Origin: the human T2T-CHM13v2.0 reference genome, Homo sapiens
Strand: one strand, 5' to 3'
Length of the DNA: 64,000 nt
NCBI RefSeq assembly: GCF_009914755.1
Contig: NC_060936.1
A model generated the notes under the pieces. It did no database searches, was not told the origin of the DNA, and saw only the letters and a program-made list of their open reading frames with translations. A program made the position numbers and the translations under genes. Below, one piece after another: positions 42,030-57,250 of the stretch. Each line of letters starts with the position of its first letter. Position 1 is the stretch's first letter.

Positions 42030-43004
42030 GACAGTGATTTGCATATCTGCTTCTACTTTCCATTTGCTGCAATGTGTTGTGTTGGTTGAAGTATATGGAG
42101 ACAGTCTCACCTTACACAGCTATGTAGTTGGAAAAAGAAGAAATGTTTTAATGGCCAAAGATATTCTTCTTTGATACTATACCAAAACTTTACAAATAGT
42201 AGCTTTTTAACGGTTATTGTAATGTGGGATCTAAAACCATATCAATGAACTTTTTATATTGTGTTACATTAAAATACACTGGTCTATATTATACCTTGAA
42301 TGAATCTTTTACCCATGTATGATTTTGTAATATGATGCATTTGGTCATTTGAAAAATATTGATTTATTGAGTTATGCAGATCTTCAGAATGTTGACACAT
42401 TTCCTCAAACTTCAAAATATCACACTTGTTAATATCCACATAATAAACACAGATCTCATAATTAAGTCCTTTTAAGTTCTAGGAAGCTTTCAGCTCACAG
42501 TGGTAGATACAAATTTTCCAAAATTCAAATTTCCATTTGAAAGCTTTAATTTTATCATTGGCAATAAATGCCTGTTACTTTCCTAGAAGTGACAGGCTCA
42601 CTTCATTTTTCATAAAATAACTGTAGCTGTTATTTTAAGCATAAATGTTCAGCTTGCAACTCAAACAATGGCTTTTCCTATAGACAAGCGTTGTACTTTG
42701 GCATGCAGAAGGGCTTAATGTGTACAGAATATTAAACAGATGTGTACTCAAGGGTAGAGATTTAATAAATTTTCACTGTTTTATCAAGGACATTATTAAG
42801 TAAAACTTAGTGCATGACAATGAAGAAGACAATATTTAGTGCCACCTCCGTGTTTCCCGCTAAGACGCCAGCAGATTTACTCACCATTGCTTTTTACTAC
42901 AAATGCAGATGTCAACACAGTAAGTAGAGAATAACATCTTAGCACCATTATAAAAATAGTTTTGAAATCAAAGGAGTCCCAGAGGTCCACAGACCACACT
43001 GCTG
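42030..43004 (-). mobile_element. Charlie1-type hAT DNA transposon fragment
   Basis: 'gttgaagtatatg...tatgtagttggaaaaag', 'gagttatgcagatcttc', 'gaagtgacaggctcacttcatttt', ending 'ggtccacagaccacactgctg'. Confidence 0.75.
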
Positions 43005-43929
43005 CTCTACAATGTGATATCAATTCAAACTTGGCACCTAAAGAATTTACGTGCTAAACTTATCCCAAAAAATGACCTAATGAAATCTGATTCAGGCACT
43101 TCCCAGGTCTCAAACAAGAATTAATCTAGTGCTTTCATAGCCATCTGTTAATTAATTAATAGTGTATTTGCCTTAGTGATATTCGGGGTGCTGCTCTTTA
43201 AAAAGTTAAATATGTAAATGAATTTTCAAACTTTCTAAACTTCTTATTCAGAAGGATTTCACAACAACCCCAAATGAGATTGCCCATTAAATCAGTGAGC
43301 AATTCTTTTGCTTTATGGCTTATTCACAGGGTGGTTCTGAGGCTGTTTCAGGACCAGGCTGGGTGATCAATACTTAATCAACCCACAGACTACAATTCAT
43401 GACATCACTTTTTTGGAGTCATCCGTTCAATCCTGTTCTCAGTCCTCCACTACTACATTAAAACCTACAGAAACACTGCCAAAAGTGTCCTAGTTTTTGC
43501 CCTAGAAGCAGACTCAGAGGCCCCTGAAATTAGTTCTCTGAGATATTTTCTATGTTTCTGCACCCTCCCTCCCCACCGCACCCTTTTCTTTTGGTGGTCA
43601 TGAAGTTTTGTTCTGTTTTAAAATCAGCCAGAAAAGGAAAGTACTAGTGCCTTATAGCACATGTAATTCATCAAGAACGTGAATACATCCCACTTCACAT
43701 TCAATCAACAAACACCTCTTGATATCCTCATAAAGATGCTGGATTTAGTGCAGGGGATTTGGGAGTGAGGACGATAGTAACAACATTATGAAGAGAGAGA
43801 AGTTACAACTCTTGGCCTCAATAAACCAAAATCATTTTTGGGAAGAACTACTTGGGCTCATGTGAAAGGTCCGTGATGAATCAAGGCAAATGTCCAAGGA
43901 GAAGTGAAATGAGTAATACCAAATCCATG

Positions 43930-44390
43930 CTATTCCTACAACTGCAAACACACTCCTGGTCTCATGACTTCTTCATTCAATGCTCCCTTGGCCTGGAAAC
44001 TTTATCCCTCAGCTTTCCATACTTTATGCATGTCTCTGCTCAAATGCCATCTTAGTGGAGGAGGCTTTCCCCTATCAGAAATTTCTTACCCTGTTTTATT
44101 TCCTTTACAGGAGCTACCACTGCCTGACACATTATATATTTTTTGTTTGTTTGCTATTGTCTGCCTCACCCCATTTGAATGTAAGTTCCAGAGAGCAGGG
44201 ATTTAATTATTCACTGCTATATCTTGGTCTAGAGAGTTTCTGGCTCATAATAGGACACAATAAATATCTGAAGAAGGCCGGGCATTGTGTCTCACGCCTG
44301 TAATCCCAGCACTTTGGGAGGTTGAGGCAGCTGGATCACCTGAGGTCAGGAGTTCATGACAATAAATGTCTGAAGACTGAATTAATAATG
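43930..44390 (+). mobile_element. L2 3' fragment
   Basis: 'tctgctcaaatgccatc...gaatgtaagttccagagagcaggga...taggacacaataaatatctg'. Confidence 0.7.
44276..44360 (+). mobile_element. 3'-truncated, tailless Alu (first ~85 nt)
   Basis: 'ggccgggcattgtgtctcacgcctgtaatccc...gaggtcaggagttcatgac' flanked by acaataaatRtctgaaga direct repeats. Confidence 0.9.
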
Positions 44391-46369
44391 AATGCCATAG
44401 TAGCTTAGAGCATGGAGAGAAGACCAGTGGGTACTAACTAGATGTTAAGGAAGTACTTCACAGGCTGAAGTGCGAGCTTGGCCTTGACAGGTGTTTCCAA
44501 CATGTAGGGCCAATGAGCAGAGCAGTCTACTTGTTTTACAGGGCTCAAGCAAGATGCCATCTTCTCAAGGAAGCATTGCCAGGGCTTCCAGGGCTGGGCA
44601 AGTTACTTCTGCTTTGGGTTCCTGTAACTGTCCACATTCTCTCCCATGTCCAGGTCACCCAGGTGTGTCTTATCTGTTTACCTGTCTGATTGCTCTAGTA
44701 GACTATTATTAGGTCGGAACAATAGGCACAGTGTCTTATTCATAGTTGCATATCTAGCCATACTATAGATGCTGTTATGGGATAGCAATCCCATAAATAC
44801 TTGCTAACCATATGATTTAATGAACGAAGAAGAAAGCTCCTGTGGGAGGAATGAAAGGCAGGTATGGACAAAACTATGAAGATTCATGGGGCAGAGTCAT
44901 GGAGTTTGGGTTTTGGTCATGGAGACGTTGTGACAACCAATTATCTTAGCAAGATCAATATGAGCATGTTGTACGTGATGAAGGAAGTTAAAAAAATATT
45001 ACAGAGATGAACTATAACCATCCTACAATGCTCTAGGCACAAAATAATAAGGGCCTGGGCCAGGCTGGTGGTGATGGGAAAAGTCTGAGGGTACAGATGT
45101 AGCCAAAAGTCTTGGTGATTGATTCAATGTTAAGAACAGCATAGGTGACTGCATATTTTAAGCCTGGATGACTATAAGAAGGTGATGGAGTCCCTCTAAC
45201 CCATATTTCAAATCTCAAGGCTTGTAAGAAAAGAGTATTTGGCAAATTATTCATGATAATGGCATTATTTCCTTATTCTAGCAATACTTAATGGTGGAAT
45301 CTGTAAGAATTTATTTGTACAGCCCATACACTGATATTAAGCTTTTAGACAAAACTTAAAAGTCCTAAGATTAAATTTTTTTATGAATGCTGCCAGTTAT
45401 CTATGAGAAGTTGTTCAGTTCTAAGACATAAAGGTAAAGATATTAAAATATTAAATTTCATCACATTCTTCTTCAGAAGTGTCACAGAATTTAGGGCTTT
45501 GAGAAACTTCAAAGCAAACAAGGCAAACAAGATTTTATCTCTCATGAGAATGATCTAAGACTCCACACATGTGCAGTGATGCATGGACCAGGCTAGGATG
45601 GGTGTGTAGGGGAAATGGCAGCACAAGTACCAGATGTTTTCTCTTCCTGCCTTGGAAGTCAGCTTTGGTGACTCCTCTTTTGCAAATAAGAAAGTTGCAG
45701 TAAGATTAACAAGGAAGATGAACTACCCAAGGTCACAGGGCTGATCAGAGGCATGATTCCTTACACTCAGGTGAGGAGCAGAGCCTAACACTTTTAACAC
45801 TTTACACAACACTACAGTTAGAGGGATAGGTAAGTTTCAGAAATGGCAAACTTTGGTCCTCTCTATCTCCTCTCCAACAAAGGAAGACAAGGGACTCAGG
45901 AGCAAAGAATAATCAGAAGTATTTAAGAAGTTATTAGAGGATACAGAAAATCTGAAATGCCAGAAAATTCATGTGAAGAAGAGGTTCAAAGATAGGGTCT
46001 CAATTGGTTTTGTATAAATTTTCTCCTCTGGCTTCTGAATCTGGATCTCTGTCAGTGTCATTTGTATCTCATTTTTCTAATCGAAAGCATCTGTATGACT
46101 TAGGAGTATGATACGGGACCCGTGCTTTCCATACTATATTTAGTTGTGTTCTTCAGCATCTGATCTGAACAGATTCAGGGATTCATTTGGTAGCATCTTG
46201 ATTTCATTTTTCTTTCTCCTTCTCTCACCTCGGTTTTTTACTTTTTGATTCAGTTCTTAGATCTCTTCGAGTGATAGCAAAACAGCCACTGTTCTGTCTT
46301 CTCAACAACCACAACTAAAGGTCTTTTTCTCAATGTTCCAAGGGCCCCCAAATTGAATTTTACCGGCTT

Positions 46370-46597
46370 TTATTACATTATATGGTCTTCCTTGAATCAA
46401 TCATTATGTTAAGAGAGTGATAATTGACCAAATGTAGGTCATGTGCTCACAGATGGAATGAATTGATGGGTCAATGACATCCACAGTTCATGAACCTTAG
46501 TGAAAAAGAATAGTTTTCCTAGACAAAAGTAAGTGTGCTGTTAGCCAAAAGAGAGAAAATAGATGTTGGGCACAGAAATGGCAGCTGTCCACTGTAC
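46370..46597 (-). mobile_element. MLT1K-like LTR fragment
   Basis: 'taggtcatgtgctcac...gtgctgttagccaaaagag...gatgttgggca...tgtccactgta'. Confidence 0.5.
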
Positions 46598-47039
46598 CCA
46601 CTCAATCTAGTTCAAGTAAAAGTGGATTTCTTCCGAGGAAACATGTTGATTGGAACTGGGCCTGGACTGTTTTCAGGAATGAGACAACTCTAAAGACCCT
46701 GCTCCCCTGCCCTTCCTTCTTTGCCTAGTTCCCCATATCCTTTCTGTTCTTTCTGGAAGATTCTTTCAGCTTAAGCATAGGTTTTGCTTTCTCCTACTTT
46801 AGTGTGGCATGGACCCAACTCTCTCTAGTGGCATCTCTCATTGCATTCTTTTAGTTTCTGCATTGTCTTCTCATTGCCTCATTCTCTCCATTTCCTAACT
46901 CCAAACTTAAGAACAGAAAGCTGGTGGTTTAAGTTCATTGTATATCCATGTCAGAGGTAATATGCCACACACTAGATATGGCAATCTGTGGCTTGCCTAC
47001 CAAGTCCAGTGCTAATTCTTGTTCTAATCCGCTTAGTGG

Positions 47040-47353
47040 TGATAGATGCAGGAGGCAGATAAGGGGGAAGGTCTTCAGGGAATCTCCAACTAGCCTTCAC
47101 ACTGGGAGGATGGGGTGGAGCCTCAGGAAGTTCACTCCGTTTACAGCAGGGAGGAGCCTCTCCTGTTCCTGGGTGGCAACCTGGCATTCAGTCAGTGAGG
47201 TGGAGAGCCTGTTAGCAGGACTACATCTTACTTTGCTGAGTTGTTTTTCCTTTTTCCTTTGTGCCCAGTAAATTCCTCTTCTCACACTTCTATGTGTCCA
47301 CAAGCCTAATCTTTCCTGGTCATGTGACAAGAAACTGTTTTTTTCCCACAACA
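47040..47353 (+). mobile_element. MER61A-like (ERV1) solo LTR
   Basis: 'tgatagatgcaggaggcagataaggggg...agcctaatctttcctggtcatgtgacaagaa...caaca'; perfect 4-bp TSD gtgg. Confidence 0.85.
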
Positions 47354-48279
47354 GTGGGAATGGAAGGAAGATGTTCTTAACCCCCTTGGCCAGACCATGC
47401 ATGGGCTGTAATATTTCTTTTAGCAAGGGGTGTTGGAAGGACAGCTTTTGTTGAATAACTTCTCATAGGTGAAGTCCCAAGCACAGCATCAATGACATTC
47501 CCCTAATAACTTTACATTCCCACACTCCAAATCAATTACTTCCCACCTTCCAGGATCCTCTCAGCACCCACCCTCCCTGCATTCTTCTCAGGGAAAGCGT
47601 ATGCGGTCTGAAAGGAACCATTCTATTCTCCTGTCCCTAAATCTACCAGCCCACGTTCTTATCTAAAAGCCGTCTACATCACCTCGGCTCTGAATTCTAC
47701 CCCATTCCCTTTCCCAAGGATTTCTCTCCAACCATTATCAGTTTCCTAAGATACATTACACGTTTCTCCCTGTGTTCATTATCTGTGCCTTCCCACTTAT
47801 GCCTGTCCACTAGAAAACAAGGCACGAATGCAGTGTGCTTCATTTGACAAGACTCCCGGCCCCTGGATCAGCAGCTTGACACATAGTAGGCTCTTGATTA
47901 ATTTTTGTGGTCTGTTTGACTAATTTGAGTGTGGTAGTTCCTCAATAAATAATACTACCCCCTTTCATATTCCCTTCCTTTAACTTTGTTCAGTGTTTAT
48001 TTTAGACATTTTCTGTTTAAAGAAACTTTCCTGTAAACAAAATATGAATATCAATCCTTTTGGTAGAAAAGCATGCTTACTTTGTTGGTACTGAAGATCA
48101 GTAATACATTGATTTGCATATGTTTTCCAGAAATATGAATGTGCTCTTCTAATGTCTTTTTCTTGACTCATTTAGTTTAATTTATTAAGAATTCCGGAAT
48201 GTCTTCCAACTGATGATGCATTTCATGGTACGCATATAGCAGAAATAAAATGCTTTGCTCTCAGGAAGCTTCAATCTAT

Positions 48280-48617
48280 TAAGATAACAAAGATTGCATC
48301 TGCAAGGATGTTTATCACACTTTGGTTTATAAAAGGAAAACTCTGAAGTAACCCGAATGCCTTTATCAACAAATTAGTCAAATAAATTGTAACTGGCGAA
48401 GAAGGCTGCTTATTGTAGCAGTTCTGAAATAGCAAAAGACTAGGAAGATTCCAAATGCCCACCAATTGTGGACAAGGTGAATAAACTAAGGTTACAGCAA
48501 CAAAAGGAGCACTATGCACCTGTAATCACAGATATACTGTTAAATGAGAAAAGCCATGTGTATGGTGTGTGTATGCTATGTCATCTTCCAGCTAAGGAAG
48601 AGGGACACTACAGATAG

Positions 48618-48661
<44 letters not shown>

Positions 48662-50520
48662 GCTTACTTTAAAAATGCCAAGATATACTAAAAACTAGAG
48701 GCATGGGCTACCTTTGGGTCAGAATGGGAATTGGGTGAGGGGATGAATATGACAGTTAGTTTTTAAAAATATTTTGTAGATTTTACTCTGGAAATATATG
48801 TACATCATCCAAAAATATAAACTTAAAAATCAATTCTTAGAATAAGAAAGCTGAAAGAAAATAATAAACCTAACTATTTTTGAGTTGGTGACTTTACCAC
48901 TCAGAGAAAGTTTATTTCAAAGTGACTTTAAAACAGTAATTTTGCCGTATATCCCTGGTGGGTTACATTCTAAGAACAAAAGAAGTGAAAAAAGTCTCCT
49001 CAGTAATCAAGGCTCTTCTCAGTAATCATAAAGTTAGTTTTAGTATATTGTCATTCTGATACTATTGTAATAAAAAGTAAATAAATATTTATATTATTTC
49101 ATTTAAAAACAAAGGCGTTCAGTGAAAGAAGGAAAAGATACAAATACAAGTCAAATAAGTAAAAATCCTGTAACCAAAATTGGTATTGGAAGTATTAGTA
49201 TGGACTCCTGAACTATTTTTCTACCTTTGACCACTGAAAAGGTCTAGAGACCTTGGTCAACCCAGCAACTAGACTAGGGATTCTAAATACCTTTCTCCAT
49301 TAAAAGGAACTTTGTAGAAAGGCTTGATTCCAGATCTATGGCTTCCAAAGTCAGGACAATTTGATTATAGAAAGGAATAATAATAGCAGAGGACTTAGCA
49401 TATTAAATATGTTTAAAATCATTTGCTTACCCCAATAATAATTTTAAAAAGCTCATTGTTGAATTTTTCCAGTTGTTAAGGAATAAGCTCATTATTCTAA
49501 AATTTGACTTTTAAAACTCAAGCATTTATACACCTTTTCTGTACAAAGAGCACTTCAAGGTAACCAAATAGTTAATGTAGGAAAGCCATATTTTTCTAGA
49601 AGAATTCCAGCTAATATATGAAGAAGAAATTATAGAATTGGACTATCTCAATTTTGTAATCTCTAATGAAGTAACCATTTTAGGTGGTGACCATGGATAG
49701 CTACTAAAATTATTAGTTAAAAAGCTGATGAGGAACTTTATAAGGAAAGATTTGGCTGACATTACCTGTCAAAAATTGATCACTCTTAACATCATAGACA
49801 GGGAGACAACTTAGCATTATGTTCCTCCTGATGTGATAAAATAGGAAGAATTACATTCCTCCGGATGCAATGCAATATATTGTGATCCAGTAAGAAGTAC
49901 ACAACAACATCTATGAAATATTCTTGCAGAAATTTTAAAAAATAAAACTTGAATCTGATTAATTTATACAAATACAAGGGACTGAGAACATAATAAATGA
50001 CACCACAGGGGCATAAACAAATCAGCAAAATCCACAATGTGATATATACTCCATAAGAATTTTTTCAATAAATAAATTGCAAAGGAAAAGAAAAAATGAA
50101 CCTATATATTACAAGAACACTAGAGACATAACAACCAAATGTAATATGTGAACTTGCTAGGATCCTGATTTACACACACTAACTTTTTAAAAAGAAGAGA
50201 GAAGCATATAATATTCTCAATACCATTATTACTTTTTTCAAGAGTGATAATAAGTTTGGGCATATGTTTTTTAGAAAATCTTGTAACTTGCACAGGCTCA
50301 TAATGAAGTATTTACAGATACGAGAGATGATGTTTGAGATTTACTCAAAAGAACCCAGTGTGTACAGGGGAAGGGAAATGAGGGTGGAGGTGGAGATTAA
50401 AGAAGACTGGCCATGTGCGGGTAACTGCTGAAGTTAAGTCACAGTCCCATGGACCATTACAATGGTATTATCTCTACTCTTTTAATACATGTGACAATTT
50501 CTATAATAGACATTTTTTAA
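48280..50520 (+). mobile_element. Ancient L1 (L1MC/ME-like) 3' region with (CA)n at ~48620-48655
   Basis: 'aatagcaaaagactaggaa..ccaaatgccc', 'agagacataacaaccaaatgtaatatgtgaacttgctaggatcctgatt', 'tgaagtatttacagat'. Confidence 0.7.
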
Positions 50521-51789
50521 AGCTGGCTATATCTTTATTCCATTTTCTTTCAATTCTTTCTGGAAAACTCTAAGATGACTTAAGGAAACAATGAACTATA
50601 AAAATTCCTCTTCAGAACAGTGTGAAATAATAATAAATTCAAAGGCATTAAATCTCTACTCTTCATCAGTTGTTTTAAAAGAAGACTATTTCTCACATCA
50701 GCTGACATGATGTATTTATGTAATGGGCTCCTGACTAGTAGGTTTTTATTTCATATGAAGGGAATACAGTATTCGAGTTACAAAAATTATGCATTTTTTA
50801 AAAACACAGATTGTTTGAAATTATTTTCCCTTACAGTAACATTCCATTCGCTTGACATTCAGTAGGACTAAGCTCTATTTTCCAATTTGCCAATCAAAAT
50901 TGCAATCAAAACAATAGAGCATCTTTCTCAAGACCAGAATCAATCCCCCAAATCTTTTTACTCTTCTTTTCTACAATGACCCTGTCATCAATCCTGTGTC
51001 TAAGCTGACAAGGCTTCACAAGGGTTTGGCCATCTCCCCAACCAAATGGACTGACAGCCCCATCTTGAATCATGGCTAGACCTCAACCGTCCTAGGTAGC
51101 TGTAGGAATAAAGTGCTTCAAAAGAATGAATGGATTGCAGCAAATAGCTCACTTGAAATAAACTTTACACAGTTCCATGTTTCTAGTAATCAGAAAAATA
51201 AAGACAACATTTAACAAATGAAAGATGAGGTAGAAGAAGGATGGCACCAACAACTAAGTATAAGGTTTGATAGCAACTCCTGAAAATTGCCTATCATGTC
51301 CAAATGAAAGCAGAGATATTAATTTTTTCACATACCTGTGTATGTCTGTGTGAGCATAATAAAGGCAACATCACAGAATCCCTGAGTGTTATGCCACAGT
51401 GTATGCTGGAAAATTCTTGGAAAGGCAAGGCTCCCATTCTGCTTCACTGGCAACACAGGAATATGGTTACTAGTATATGTGCAGCAATCTGACTGCCTGG
51501 GTTCAATCACCAGCTTCACTATGAACTATGTAGAGAATATAATACCTTAGTTACTAAAAACTAATTGCATGGCTTTTTCCTCTATGTACTTCAGTCTTGT
51601 CATCTATGAAATGGAATTATTTAGCCTTGATACATAATAGTAGCGCCTTTGTCCTGGATTTTCATGAGGATTTTATGATGAAGCACTTATCACAGCACCT
51701 GGTGCACTGTTACCAAAGGGGAATGTCCACATCACACTGACATTTTAAATCAGTGGATCTGGATTGAGGCTTTTCTTGCCAAAGCCCGA

Positions 51790-52285
51790 TGTAGGCTCTG
51801 CAGTAGATGATCATTGTCTAGTCCATCATTTATTGATTCCTTTCTCCATGATAACAGAATCCTTGTTTTTAGTAGGCCACATTGTCACCTGGCATAAAAG
51901 ATGACACTTCCCAGCCTCCCTTGAGTCTGGGAGTGGCCATGTACCTAGTCCCAGCCAACAAGAATCAACTAAAAATGTTGTGTGGAACTTCTAGGAAATT
52001 TCCTTGAAAGAGGTGAATCTGCCCTACTCCCATCTCCTCCTCCACTCAGCTTCTTGGGATGTTGATGTCATGACTGAAACTAGGGCAGCCCATCAGACCA
52101 TGAGGCTGGGAAAGCATCCATGGCCTTTGTAATACTACAGCTGCCTTGCCAGCCCCAATCTTTCCACTTCCAGACCGCTTGCAGGTGGGAGATAAAGTTC
52201 CAGCTTATTTAATCACAGGGTTTTTACTTTGAGTTGTCTCATTATTATTGTTGTTTTGTTTTGTTCATGCAGTCAACTAAGCCCT
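51790..52285 (+). mobile_element. MLT1J-like LTR
   Basis: 'taacagaatccttg...cacttcccagcctcccttgagtctgggagtggccatgt...tgtgtggaacttctaggaa'. Confidence 0.7.
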
Positions 52286-53490
52286 TTAGATCTGGTCAGA
52301 GACAATAAACATTGACTGAAAAATACATGTTTCATTTATGAGTGTCTGTGCTGGTCCATGTGTAGGTGAGAGGAGAAATACGGACCTACAGAACCAAGTA
52401 GAGGGACATAGAAACCAAGTGGAGGAACAAAGGCACACAGTTTTGGGAGGATCACAAGAATCAATACATGGCTATGAATCATCATTAATATATTGCAGTA
52501 TAAACAGCATACAGAAATTTCTAGGGGACTCAAGACAAAAGTAGTAGATAAAGTAAGAAGAAAAGACAACTAGAGCTATTGTTAATGGCTCTGGAGCAGG
52601 AGGAGAGGAAAAATTTATTCAATTGCTGGGGTTTGAGAATGAGCCAAAGTATTTTGGCAGCCAAGCACTGAAAGTTGGTAATCTATAATGAATGAGACCC
52701 AGAACACCAAAATTGTTCCTAGAATGAATCCATCCTGAATTTAATAAAGGAAACATTCCCATCCATACTGAGAATTGTTAGTTCAATGGCAATTTTTAAA
52801 AATTTTGTTTGTTTCTCCAGTTATGGATCAAGGCACGAGCAATGATTTATGTTCTAAGAAACTGTCGGTTGTCGTCTTTCGTAATAGCAAATGCAAATCC
52901 AATGAAATCAGCACTAAAAATCCAGTCATGCTGGCTGACCTGGAATTGTCTGTTAAAAGCTGATTGATGGGTCTCATGTTGTGTTCTGTGAACAACCAGA
53001 GCATGCCAAAATACTCATCTCTGCATTGTGGCTGACCCATCTCTTCAGTAATTGTTTAACAGATTTTTAATTGTGCAACATATCTTCCATATGCAGCGCC
53101 AGTTACATTTCAAAGCTAGAAAGAACCTTCACATTCATCTACCACAGCCCCTGGGTTCAGGTAAACACCAGATAAAAAATAGTCAGGACTGGTAATTATA
53201 TACAAAGCTTAAGTCAAAACTCCCACCAAATTTCCTAGGACCGCCTCTTCATACAAAATAAAAATGTACACGATTTCAATATAATCATTTCCCTTTGGTC
53301 CTCTGTGAACACAGGAATAGTGAATTGGAATCTTCCTAGAAAACCTTTCCCATTCTTGAAAACGAGCCAATTTATCCTGGTCCTTCTAAACAATTTCAAT
53401 TCTTTTGACTTTTCATCATGTCACATTTGCATGTTTGTAGTTCCCTTTTCTGAATCTGTTCCATTGCCTCCACACTTTTTTAAAGGTTTG

Positions 53491-53783
53491 AGCCAGGCAC
53501 CAGTGGCTCACACCTGTAATCCCAGCACTTTGGGAGGCTGAAGCAGGAGGACCACTTGAGCCCAGGAGTTGGAGACCAGCCAGGGCAACATGGCGAGACC
53601 CCATCTCTATAAAATCGCTTAATTAGCCATGCATAGTGGCATGCACCTGTGGTCTCAGCTACTTTGGAGGCTGAGGCAGGAGATTCACTTGAGCCCAGGA
53701 GGTTGAAGAGGCTGCAGTGAGCCCTCTTAGCACCACTGTACTCCAGCCTAGGCAACAGAGCAAGAATCTGTCTCAAAATAAAA
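53491..53783 (+). mobile_element. AluJ (Jo/Jr-like)
   Basis: Full dimer with 'gaggaccacttgagcccaggagtt' and 'gaggctgcagtgagcc'. Confidence 0.92.
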
Positions 53784-54976
53784 GGGTCTCATGACCTAAA
53801 CTGCACACATTAATCTGATAAATATCTGACTAACATGAATTCATGTATGAAGGAAAAATCATTTCCCATATACGACACATAAACTTTTAACATATTTTCA
53901 TATCATCTCATTCGTAGAGCACACACACACAAGCACACAGACAAACACATACACACCATGTGGTCATTGATAGAGCCAAATTTACTACTATACTTCGATC
54001 TAGCTGGTGGTCCCTGACTCGTATCTGTGTGGATGGGGTCTAAGAATACAATTGAGACCTCATCTCTTTTCACTTCCATTCTGCTTTTGTGCACGACTAC
54101 AGTATTCAAATATGTTGTAATAAGATGGTTGTGAGCAGTAGCTGTGGTTTAGAAGCCTTCAAACTAGTGTGGAAATTATTTCCAGGGAAAGATCAGGAAC
54201 ACATAACATAAAATTGGCTTTGGTGAAAGTCGTAAACTGTGGTGGAGAGCAACATGATGATTGCTAGTTTACTACGTGCCAAGCACAGTGCTCTCCTAAG
54301 CCTTGCAACAAATGCAAGGGGTAGATATTTTATTCCATTTTACAGATGAGAGAAATGACTTCCTTTAATGAGCCTGACTACAGGAGATAGGATTTCAGCC
54401 CACAACTGTCTGAAACCTAGACTTGTGCTCTTAATCATTAAGTTACAATGGTTACCTATAAATATGGATATGTCCACATAAAGTAGAATTTGGGTGAGAT
54501 TTCTCATACTAAAGAAACTGAGAAAAACTGGAACATCTTCAAGAACCAAGCAATGGTAGTTTCTTAGTTGATATGAGAGTTTTCATAGAATGCTTGCCTT
54601 TCACTTGAAATGGTTTTGGCATCAGCTCTAGAAGGATGGTGCTCAGAGGCCTCTTGATTATTGCTTCACTGGTGACAACATCTGGCTTTCTGACATGAGA
54701 GTTGAAGTGTTTTTGTAATTACATCATGGTTGTGCACTCAGAACTAGCCTAGAATCTAGGCAGGGGTGGGGAATTAGTGCTATATAATAACGAATGGAAA
54801 AAATTCAATTTTGAGTACTAGATGAAAAAAACCAAGGCAGACAATTCTGCTTCATATACACATATGAAACCTTCTGTGATTTTATTTTTAAAGTGTTCCC
54901 CAGATGGTTTGGCAAAGGAAAAGTATATGTAGAGAAAAGACTGGAATGACTGAGGCCAGATGTTAGCAGTTAAGTT

Positions 54977-55166
54977 AGGGCTGTCAGATTCACCAAAGAA
55001 AAACACAGGATACTTAGTTAAATTTGAATTTCAGATAGACAACAAATAATTTTTCAATATAAGTAGGTACAAAATATTGTATGCATACATAACCTTAAAA
55101 ATTATTTGGCTTTTTACTTGAAATTCAGATTTAACTGGGAGTCCTATATTTTATCTGTTAACGCTG
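54977..55166. mobile_element. MER53 palindromic MITE
   Basis: 'tagggctgtcagat...agttaaatttgaatttcagata...tgaaattcagatttaactggga..cctatattttatctg'; inverted arms visible. Confidence 0.85.
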
Positions 55167-55368
55167 CAGTGGGTGAACACAGATAGGTGTATATGAGTAT
55201 TCAGTGTTATTCATTGAACTTTGTGACTTTGAAAGCTTTTAAAATAAAAATATTAAAGTGCTTTTCAAATGTTTATTTGTGTAATGATATTTTCATGGTT
55301 CTTAATATTAATTATAAATTTTATTGTGTAGAAAAAAGAGAATGATTTATATTTTAAAACTCTATTTA

Positions 55369-55700
<332 letters not shown>

Positions 55701-55719
55701 TTACAGCCCAGAGACATTC

Positions 55720-56625
<906 letters not shown>

Positions 56626-57250
56626 TGTCAGTTCTCTCCAGGAATATACCAGTGGATAATTTCCATTTCTTAAAGCAAAATCTTTGAAGTAAATATAATG
56701 AGTAAATATAGCCAAAGTAATGTGATATAAACACTTAATCAAGTATAATCAATGTCCAGAATAAAAGAAATGATGACTGAAAGGGCGAGCAAGACATACA
56801 AACTATCTGTGCTTGCATGGAATTTCTATTTTTAGAGTACTAGTGCTAGAAACAGAGTAATAACTTCAAAGTTGCACTAATCTAAGCAACTCAATTCTTA
56901 CTTGCCTTAAGGCTGTTGCCAAGAATTTCACAAAAAGATTAAATGTTAGAAGTCTCTCTAACAAACTAAAGGGCTTGGCTTTCCACATGTTGTTCCACAA
57001 TGGAATTGAAGCATTGCAGAGTTATGTAAATGGTTCCCCAAGCCACGTTTTTTGTAGGCTTATGCCCTGTTGAAGTGAAATGATGTGAGTCAAGGGCAAC
57101 ATAGATGTAGTCTCTAGGCCCCCACCTGCTGAGAAGACATGTGCTTTGATGTGTGCTAAATTGAACTGAACAGCACTTACTCCAAAGAAGCATTCGGTAA
57201 CTGTATATATGATTAAAACAAATATTTGCACTTAAGAAATTTTCATAGCC

